Part shown: piece by piece, positions 1-6,815 of the stretch
Layout: each line of letters opens with the position of its first letter
How positions within the stretch are numbered: the first letter of the stretch is position 1
Source: Bacteroidaceae bacterium
Lineage (GTDB): Bacteria; Bacteroidota; Bacteroidia; Bacteroidales; Bacteroidaceae
Length of the DNA stretch: 64,000 bases
NCBI GenBank assembly: GCA_017469925.1
Contig: JAFUFK010000003.1
Coordinates: 13,281 to 77,280 of the forward strand
Reading direction: 5' to 3'
Program-made: the position numbers and the translations under genes
The notes under the pieces: model-generated
Databases searched by the model: none
What the model saw: the letters and a program-made list of their open reading frames with translations, nothing else
What the model was told of the DNA's origin: nothing

Positions 1-366
1 ATCTTCGCCCCCAACCTCCACAACAAGGGACTCATGAGCGACCGCGACTTCGACAACTACACGGAACTCTTCAACCTGATGATGTCCCTGGTGAAGTTGC
101 CCGACCTGATGATTTACATCCGCTCCAGCATCTCGAACCTCGTCTTCCAAATCCAGAAACGCGGTCGTGCCTACGAGCAGTCTATACAGATTGACTATCT
201 GCAAGGACTTAACGACCTGTACGAAGAGTGGATTCGCTCGTACGAGGGGCCGCTGCTCATCGTCGATGGCGACAACTGCAAGTTCGGCGAAGACCCCAAG
301 GCCTTCCAGACCATCACCGACGGCATCGACGCCACGCTCTACGGACTCTTCCCCTTGGAAAAGTAA
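1..366 (+). CDS. deoxynucleoside kinase family protein, C-terminal part (5' end outside window)
   Basis: The ORF is open to the window edge in frame 1 (ORF-track piece 34-366). The sequence KRGRAYEQSIQIDYLQGLNDLYEEW...LLIVDGD resembles dNK/dGK-type kinases. The N-terminus is not visible. Confidence 0.55.
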   Translation: MFAPNLHNKGLMSDRDFDNYTELFNLMMSLVKLPDLMIYIRSSISNLVFQIQKRGRAYEQSIQIDYLQGLNDLYEEWIRSYEGPLLIVDGDNCKFGEDPKAFQTITDGIDATLYGLFPLEK

Positions 367-368
367 CG

Positions 369-3300
369 ATGAAACGGACCTTTTTTGCACTTCTCCTACT
401 GATTGGGCTTTCAGGCAGGGCCCAGTTGGTCGATACGCGACTCGGCACCGCTAACAGCAACACCCCATCGGCCGGACGCTTCGGCAAGGGCAGCGAGGAG
501 CACGGCCACACACTGCCCGCCGTGCTCGAGCCTCACGGCATGACGTTTTGGACCCCACAGACACGCGACACGGAACAGAAGTGCGTCTGCCCCTATTACT
601 ATCAAGATACGCGCCTGCAGGGCTTCCGCGCCTCGCATTGGATTGTAGGCGGTTGCACGCAGGACTACGGTTCCTTCACCCTGATGCCTTTGGCAAACAA
701 GAGTAAACTGACTGCCGAGGGACGCGCCCAGGCCTTCAGCCACGCAGAGGAGGTGGCCACCCCGGCCTACTACAGCGTCAGCCTACCTTATGTACGATGC
801 GAGATGACGGGGCGCAGCCGTTCGGCCATCTTCCGATTCACCTTCAAAAGCAAGAAAAGGGCCTATCTCGTCTTTGAAACCAATAGCGACGAAGGCGAGG
901 GCACCATCGAATACGACGAACAACAAGCACGGGTTCGTGCCACAAATCCCGTCCACCGCATCTATCAGGGTTGGGGGGAACGGGCTGGCATGACGGGCTA
1001 TGCCGTATTGCAACTCCGTTCTGAGGATGTCAGCGAGTGGGGCAAAGAAGGGAATCTGCTGTGGATTCGCCTCAGCAGGCCCGATGTCCTTGCCAAGGTT
1101 GCCACCAGTTTCACGGGCATTGAAGGAGCAGAGCGAAACCTCCGTTCCGAGATTCCACACTGGGACTTCGACAAGACTCGCCACGAGTTGGAACAGATAT
1201 GGCAACGGCAGTTGGGAAAAATCAAGACCCCTCTCACCCCTCACCCCTCACCTCTCACCTCTCACCTCTCACCTCTCACCTTCTACTCCGCCCTCTACCA
1301 CGCCTCCTTCCTGCCCCATGTCCTGAGCGACGTCGATGGGCGCTATCCGGGCTTCGCAGGCACGGGCATCAGGCAGATGCCCCAAGGGCGCGACTACTAC
1401 GACGACTTCTCGGCCTGGGACACCTATCGCGCCCAGCACCCCCTGCTCAACATCATCAGTCCGCGGGAGAGTGCCGACATGATGCAGTCGCTCGTCCTGA
1501 AGTACCAACAGGGCGGCTGGCTGCCCATCTTCCCCTGCTGGAACAACTACACCGCCGCCATGATTGGCGACCACTGTGCGGCCATCTTGGCCGAGGCCTA
1601 TCGGAAGGGGATTCGAGACTTCGACTACACTGCGGCCTATGAAGGGATGAGAAAGAATGCCTTCGAAACGCCCCATTCCATCGAGGAATATCGCAACGGC
1701 ATGGGGCGCCGCGCGCTCGATTCCTACCTCCGGTATGGCTACATCCCCCTGGAGGACAGCGTGCCCGATGCCTTCCACCAGCGCGAACAGACGAGCCGCA
1801 CGATGGAGTATGCCTACGACGACTATGCCGTAGCCCAGATGGCCCGCCTGCTCGGCCATGCCGACGACTACCGCCAACTGACCCTCCGCAGCCGCTCGTG
1901 GGCCCGTGTCATCAATCCCCAGACTGGGTGGTGCGACGGACGGTGGGCGACGATGTCGCCAGTGCAAAGTGCAGAGTGGGCCACAACCACGAACTCTGAA
2001 CTGAGCACCTTGAACTGGCGGGGCGAAACCCCGCCTCGCCCTGCCTTCCTTACCGAGGGCTGGCCCTGCCACTACACTTGGTACGTGCCACACGACGTCG
2101 AGGGACTCATCCGGGCGATGGGTGGCCGCGAGCGCTTCGTCGGCCGTCTCGACAGCCTTTTCTCCGAGGGCCTCTATTGGCACGGCAACGAACCCTGCCA
2201 CCAGGTGGCCTACCTCTTCGACTACGCAGGCGAGCCCTGGCGCACGCAACGCTGGGTGCGCCACATCCTGCGCACCGAGTACAACGACTCGCCGGGTGGA
2301 CTCTCCGGCAACGACGACGCCGGACAGATGTCGGCCTGGTACCTGTTCTCCTGCCTCGGCTTCTACCCCGTATGTCCCGTATCGGGCGAATACGCCATCG
2401 GCAGCCCCGTCTTCCCCGAGGTCGAGATTCCGTTAGAGGGAGGCAAGGTGTTCCGCATCATTGCCCATAATGCATCAGAGGAGAACATCTACATCCAGTC
2501 GGCCCGGATGAATAATCTGCCGATGGAATCGCCATTTTTTACGCATGACGACCTCCTCTCGGGCGCAACACTGGAGTTCGAAATGGGCCCCCAGCCCTCC
2601 ACATGGGGCTGTACGGACCAGCCCACCTTCAACCCCATGGACTTCGGGGCCGTAGGCGACGGACTCCACGACGACACCGAGGCCGTACAGGCCTGTATCC
2701 GTGCCGCCAGAGGCAGGGTGGTTTTCCCCGCTGGCAAGACATTCCTTGTCGGTCCGCTCGAACTGAAAGCGGGCATCGACTACCACCTGGAAGCCAGCAG
2801 CCGACTGCTGGCCAATCCCGATGAAAGCATCTACCACCTGAGTGCCTTCGGCGACAACCGCGGCGAGGGCATGTTATGGCTCTGGGCCAACGGTGCCGAC
2901 GACATCACCCTCTCGGGCCAAGGCATCATCGACGGCAACGGCATCGCCTTCATGGGTCCCGAACTGGAGGATTCCTACGTGCTGAAGGAACTCAAGGACC
3001 CCCGGTTCGACCCGCGTCCCCACGTGCTCACCTTCTTCGGCTGTCGCAACCTCGAGATTTCCGGCATCACCGTACAGAACGGTGCCTACTGGACCATCCA
3101 CCTCGTCGGCTGCGACGGTGCCCGCATCCACGACATGAGCCTCCTCAACCAACTGAAGATTCGCAACGGCGACGGCATCGACCTCGACCACACCTCGAAC
3201 GTGGACATCTGGAACTGCCTCATCGAGAGCGGCGACGACTGCATCTGCCTCAAGAACCGCCGCGAATACAGCCCCGGCTACCTCTCCTCTGTCCATTATC

Positions 3301-3962
3301 CCGTGCCCACCATCACCATGCGAAGCAGCAAGACCCAGCACATCCGCGTCCGCGACTGCGTGATGACGGGCCGCTCGTGCACCATCAAGATTGGCAGTGA
3401 GAACATGGACAGCATCTCCGACGTCGTCTTCGACCATTGCGTCATCCGCGCCAGCAACCGCGCCCTCGGCATCCAGAATCGCGACGAAGGCACCGTCACC
3501 GACGTCACCTTCCAGAACATGACACTCGAGAGCCGCCTCTTCAGCGACGTCTGGTGGGGCAAGGCCGAACCCATCTACGTCACCTCCTACCCGCGTGCCG
3601 TCGGCAACCACAAGGACGCCGGCTGGCGCTTCCCCCGCGGGGCCACCGAGGGCCGATGCGGCGAGGTTTCGCACATCACCTTCCGCAACATCCTGGGCAT
3701 CTCGGAAAACGGTTGCTTCGTAGGTGGCGACGTTCCGGGCAAGGTCCACGACATCCGTTTCGACAACGTTCGCCTCACCCTGCGCCGCCTCACCCAGTTC
3801 CCCCTGGGCATCTACGACCGGCGTCCCTGTCTCGGCGAAGGCTTCGTCACGGGCCTCACCTACGGCCTCGTCACCGACAACGCCACGGTCCAGACCAGCC
3901 ACTTCAGCGTCGTCCCCGACGATACCTTCCCCCCAGAGCAATACGGCGGCGTCATCCTCTGA
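369..3962 (+). CDS. secreted GH92 alpha-mannosidase fused to a C-terminal GH28-like (right-handed beta-helix) glycosidase domain
   Basis: ORF 228-3962, with the start moved to ATG 369 (signal peptide MKRTFFALLLLIGLSGRAQ, 2 nt after the upstream stop). GH92 hallmarks are GHTLPAVLEPHGMTFWTPQT, GNEPCHQVAYLFDYAGEPW and GNDDAGQMSAWYLFSCLGFYPVCP. The C-terminal ~440 aa carry GH28 signatures: FGAVGDGLHDDTEAVQACI, NGDGIDL, SGDDCICLK, TIKIGSE. Confidence 0.75.
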   Translation: MKRTFFALLLLIGLSGRAQLVDTRLGTANSNTPSAGRFGKGSEEHGHTLPAVLEPHGMTFWTPQTRDTEQKCVCPYYYQDTRLQGFRASHWIVGGCTQDYGSFTLMPLANKSKLTAEGRAQAFSHAEEVATPAYYSVSLPYVRCEMTGRSRSAIFRFTFKSKKRAYLVFETNSDEGEGTIEYDEQQARVRATNPVHRIYQGWGERAGMTGYAVLQLRSEDVSEWGKEGNLLWIRLSRPDVLAKVATSFTGIEGAERNLRSEIPHWDFDKTRHELEQIWQRQLGKIKTPLTPHPSPLTSHLSPLTFYSALYHASFLPHVLSDVDGRYPGFAGTGIRQMPQGRDYYDDFSAWDTYRAQHPLLNIISPRESADMMQSLVLKYQQGGWLPIFPCWNNYTAAMIGDHCAAILAEAYRKGIRDFDYTAAYEGMRKNAFETPHSIEEYRNGMGRRALDSYLRYGYIPLEDSVPDAFHQREQTSRTMEYAYDDYAVAQMARLLGHADDYRQLTLRSRSWARVINPQTGWCDGRWATMSPVQSAEWATTTNSELSTLNWRGETPPRPAFLTEGWPCHYTWYVPHDVEGLIRAMGGRERFVGRLDSLFSEGLYWHGNEPCHQVAYLFDYAGEPWRTQRWVRHILRTEYNDSPGGLSGNDDAGQMSAWYLFSCLGFYPVCPVSGEYAIGSPVFPEVEIPLEGGKVFRIIAHNASEENIYIQSARMNNLPMESPFFTHDDLLSGATLEFEMGPQPSTWGCTDQPTFNPMDFGAVGDGLHDDTEAVQACIRAARGRVVFPAGKTFLVGPLELKAGIDYHLEASSRLLANPDESIYHLSAFGDNRGEGMLWLWANGADDITLSGQGIIDGNGIAFMGPELEDSYVLKELKDPRFDPRPHVLTFFGCRNLEISGITVQNGAYWTIHLVGCDGARIHDMSLLNQLKIRNGDGIDLDHTSNVDIWNCLIESGDDCICLKNRREYSPGYLSSVHYPVPTITMRSSKTQHIRVRDCVMTGRSCTIKIGSENMDSISDVVFDHCVIRASNRALGIQNRDEGTVTDVTFQNMTLESRLFSDVWWGKAEPIYVTSYPRAVGNHKDAGWRFPRGATEGRCGEVSHITFRNILGISENGCFVGGDVPGKVHDIRFDNVRLTLRRLTQFPLGIYDRRPCLGEGFVTGLTYGLVTDNATVQTSHFSVVPDDTFPPEQYGGVIL
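1229..1281 (+). repeat. heptanucleotide tandem tract (CYCTCAC x7) inside the GH92-GH28 CDS
   Basis: TCAC recurs at 1234, 1241, 1248, 1255, 1262, 1269 and 1276, exactly 7 nt apart. The tract is translated as PLTPHPSPLTSHLSPLTSHLSPLTF. Confidence 0.9.
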
Positions 3963-4022
3963 TATACCGATTCTTATTTATCGTGTGCGCGCCCACGCGT
4001 ACGCTCGTACATGCGCGTTGGA

Positions 4023-4103
4023 AACCAGTGACTGGTTAAGCCGAAACCAGTCACTGGTTTCGCCGAAAGGAGTGACTGGTTAAAATTTAACCAGTGACTG
4101 GTT
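4023..4103. repeat. four copies of the 15-bp palindrome AACCAGT(G/C)ACTGGTT at exact 22-bp spacing
   Basis: Palindrome centres lie at 4030, 4052, 4074 and 4096. Copy 3 has a degenerate left half (AAGGAGT). Copies 1 and 2 are mutually complementary over 17 nt (GAAACCAGTGACTGGTT / AACCAGTCACTGGTTTC). The array sits between the convergent stops at 3962 and 4161. Confidence 0.9.
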
Positions 4104-4160
4104 GCCAGGGAAGCAGATTCTCGTCCAGGGCAGACGGATTTGCCGTTTCCGATTCTACTT

Positions 4161-5771
4161 CTACACTTTCATCAGCCACTCGATGCTCTCCTGGCTGCTA
4201 AGCGATTGGTCCTGTATAACTTTTGTCACAAAACGCTTGCATATACTCGTCACCGACGTACGGGCATGAGCCGTCAGGTACGAAATTTCGGTCTTCGTCA
4301 TGCCCATTCGCAAGAGCAGGAAAGTCTGCTCCTCCACCTCCGAGACCTTGGACGCAAAGGCTTTCAGACGCCCCATCAGCATCGGGTCTCCCTTCTCAAG
4401 TAATGTCCGCACGTCCTCGTAGTCCTTCGCCGAGGCCACCCTGCCCTCCCTCGCTTTCTGTTGCAGGAGTTGGAACACCGTCGTCCCCTGAAACCGCTGC
4501 CGGGGTGTCTCAGACGAGTCCCTGTTCCATATGCGCATGCCGTCCACCTCTCGTTGCCACTTCATGGCCCGCTGCCGGTTTTCCTCTGTATCCTTGTCTT
4601 CCAGTGCGGCATTGGCCCTCTCCAGTTCCAGTTTGGCGTTTGCCAGCCGCCGCTTCATCCGGGCATACAGGAAGTAGGCCACGAAGCCCATCAGTGCCAG
4701 CACCAGCGAGAACACCCACCTGACTATCAGTCCCTGCCTGCGTTCCCGTTCCAGTTCCTCTGTCTTCTGCTTGCTGTCGGCCTGTGCGCGGCTGTAGTCG
4801 TAGAGTTGCTGTAGGTTCTGCACGTTTCCCGTCACCATCGCCTGATAGTCGCTATCCACAGCCTCGCATTGCAGTCTGGCATACTTCAGGGCCGAGTCCG
4901 TCTGGTGCCGTTGTTCGAACAACTCACGCAGTCCACGGTAGGCCGATTGCCTGTTGTTCCAGTCCGCTTCTCTCATTTCCCTGCGGAAAAACATCTCTGC
5001 CGAATCCAGTTCCCCCAGTGCCGTCAGCAGGCGCCCCTTCGCATAATAATATATAGGAAAAGAACTCTCCATCGTAAGCAGGTCCACGTCCCCGCTGTGC
5101 TGTTCGTAAATGGAAAGGAGTCTATTTGCATCTGATATATTATTAATCTCAAGATTTGCCAAAACGCCTGTATTCAACTCTCTTGCAATATAATTGAGAA
5201 ACTTTCCATCGCCCCATCTTTCTATTACAGAAAAATATCTGCTCGCTATCTCTCCAAAATGCCCCATGCTGTACAATCGTCCCAACCTTTTCAGTTGGGA
5301 ATCAATTATAAACAATGTATCATTGGCCGCTATTGCATATTTTTCAATGTAATCCTCTTCTTTCAAGGCCAGCTCATATAGTCGTTGTCTATACAAAATA
5401 TTATTCTTCTGCCCATATAGCCTTGTCAGAATATCATATCTGCAATCTTCCGCCAGTGTATCGGCAGCATCAATTCCCTTCAGAAAAGCCTCCACCGCCT
5501 TGGGAGCCTCGTGCAGGTCACGATAAACGCTGCCCAATAGGTAATAGGCCTCCATGCGTTCGTTGGGCGTCCCCTCCTGATTGTAAAACTCCACCACGCG
5601 CTGCATCATCGCATCGTCCTTTGCGGTCAGCGGCTGATAGTTCTTGTTACGGTCCGAGACATCGTCCATAATCGCCCTTGCCTGCCTGGCATCCATGCCC
5701 GTCGGAGCCGGTCCCCGGTTGCAGGAGATGGCAAAAATCGTCAAAAAGACCACCCAAAATTGTTGTCTCAT
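4161..5771 (-). CDS. membrane-anchored TPR protein with C-terminal helix-turn-helix (candidate one-component transmembrane regulator)
   Basis: Lipoprotein-type signal (VVFLTIFAISC) and TPR-like helical repeats in the N-terminal ~340 aa. One TM helix (GLIVRWVFSLVLALMGFVAYFLYA) is followed by a coiled-coil. The C-terminal segment QTFLLLRMGMTKTEISYLTAHARTSVTSICKRF looks like an HTH. The family was not identified with certainty. Confidence 0.55.
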   Translation of the reverse strand: MRQQFWVVFLTIFAISCNRGPAPTGMDARQARAIMDDVSDRNKNYQPLTAKDDAMMQRVVEFYNQEGTPNERMEAYYLLGSVYRDLHEAPKAVEAFLKGIDAADTLAEDCRYDILTRLYGQKNNILYRQRLYELALKEEDYIEKYAIAANDTLFIIDSQLKRLGRLYSMGHFGEIASRYFSVIERWGDGKFLNYIARELNTGVLANLEINNISDANRLLSIYEQHSGDVDLLTMESSFPIYYYAKGRLLTALGELDSAEMFFRREMREADWNNRQSAYRGLRELFEQRHQTDSALKYARLQCEAVDSDYQAMVTGNVQNLQQLYDYSRAQADSKQKTEELERERRQGLIVRWVFSLVLALMGFVAYFLYARMKRRLANAKLELERANAALEDKDTEENRQRAMKWQREVDGMRIWNRDSSETPRQRFQGTTVFQLLQQKAREGRVASAKDYEDVRTLLEKGDPMLMGRLKAFASKVSEVEEQTFLLLRMGMTKTEISYLTAHARTSVTSICKRFVTKVIQDQSLSSQESIEWLMKV

Positions 5772-5798
5772 AAGCGTATTTCCTCTTATTGTGGACTA

Positions 5799-5806
5799 CA
5801 AAGTTA
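5799..5806 (-). promoter_or_regulatory. Bacteroidota -7 promoter box (TAACTTTG on the minus strand) for the TPR-HTH gene
   Basis: Matches the TAnnTTTG consensus, 28 nt upstream of the start codon at 5771. Confidence 0.5.
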
Positions 5807-5915
5807 ACGAAAACGCCTGAAACCGCCAAAGAAAAAAACATCGATGAAATGGGCAAAAATAAAAATGCGCCATTTTTGCGCCATCTTTTTCTTGGAAAAA
5901 CAGTTCACCACATTG

Positions 5916-5923
5916 TACTTTTG
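5916..5923 (+). promoter_or_regulatory. Bacteroidota -7 promoter box (TACTTTTG) for the DUF3244-like / RHS gene string
   Basis: Matches the TAnnTTTG consensus, 40 nt upstream of ATG 5963. Confidence 0.5.
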
Positions 5924-5962
5924 CATCGCAATATTGCAAGAACCTTAAATAACACACACGTC

Positions 5963-6340
5963 ATGAAAAAGTTATTTTTAACTCTCTCACTTTTCGCCGC
6001 CATGATGGCCATGTCCACACAACTGTTCGCTGATGATCCCGCGTTTGAGAACATCATTAAACTGACCCTAACAGACATCCAACCAGTTAAGGATTATCCT
6101 CGCAGTCCCGTTCGTCCTCTTCAGATTGGGCAGAATGGACACGAACTTCATTTCTTCACGGTTGGCGACTACGAAGTCAACATCTACAGCATCAGCGATG
6201 AGGGAATAGGCAATATGGAATACACTGAACTTGTCCCCACCTCCTGCTCCAGCATCCTTCTGCCTTCCGACCTCACAGGCATCTATGCCATAGAAGTCGT
6301 TCGCGGAAGCCTGCACTTCTGGGGGGAAATTGAATTATAA
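5963..6340 (+). CDS. small secreted DUF3244-like protein
   Basis: ORF 5789-6340 trimmed to ATG 5963 (signal peptide MKKLFLTLSLFAAMMAMSTQLFA). About 125 aa with a C-terminal beta-sandwich-like tail (GIYAIEVVRGSLHFWGEIEL). The DUF3244 assignment is from memory of the family. Confidence 0.45.
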   Translation: MKKLFLTLSLFAAMMAMSTQLFADDPAFENIIKLTLTDIQPVKDYPRSPVRPLQIGQNGHELHFFTVGDYEVNIYSISDEGIGNMEYTELVPTSCSSILLPSDLTGIYAIEVVRGSLHFWGEIEL

Positions 6341-6360
6341 TTGTAAAAATAACAACTCGT

Positions 6361-6813
6361 ATGAAAAAGTTTATACTAATAACCTCTCTTTTATGTGGTC
6401 ATTTCTTAAAAATGATGGCTGCTATTGATCCGGTTATAACATATTCCTTTCCTTCTTTCTTTAATGCAATTGTAACATATACTTACGACGACGCTGGAAA
6501 CATTATTAAAAAAAGCCATCACTGGATTCTTACTACACAGGGAACAACAGAAGAAGATTCTGATGTATATTCCTTCAAAGGAGAGTTTGATATCTCTATT
6601 ACAGCCGACTATTCATGGGAGCATGTTTCCATAGAAATCACTGGTAATGTTGATGCAGAAGGGGGCTTACTTGAGGTCTATAACATGTCTGGGATGAACG
6701 TCTATAAGGCAAAGATGAGTAGCAATTGTACTTCTATCAATTTATCCTCTTTAAACAAAGGTGTATACATATTCCGTATAGGAATTGGCGATAGCATACT
6801 GATAAAACACTAA
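6361..6813 (+). CDS. small secreted protein with one YD motif and a T9SS C-terminal sorting domain
   Basis: It has an N-terminal signal and a YD motif (YTYDDAGNIIKK). The C-terminus LLEVYNMSGMNVYKAKMSS..INLSSLNKGVYIFRIGIGDSILIKH fits the T9SS CTD pattern. Confidence 0.5.
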   Translation: MKKFILITSLLCGHFLKMMAAIDPVITYSFPSFFNAIVTYTYDDAGNIIKKSHHWILTTQGTTEEDSDVYSFKGEFDISITADYSWEHVSIEITGNVDAEGGLLEVYNMSGMNVYKAKMSSNCTSINLSSLNKGVYIFRIGIGDSILIKH

Positions 6814-6815
6814 AG

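Noticed and set aside
228-368. An N-terminal 47-codon extension of the GH92 ORF (MDSLVRGAAAHRRWRQ...).
   Set aside because: It overlaps the 3' end of the kinase gene in another frame and is Arg/His-rich. It precedes a textbook signal peptide that starts at ATG 369, so the true start is 369.
4023-4103. The possibility that the phased palindromes or the heptamer arrays are a CRISPR array.
   Set aside because: The repeat units are 15 bp with 7-bp gaps, or 7 bp with no spacers. That is far below CRISPR repeat and spacer sizes, and no cas genes are present in the window.
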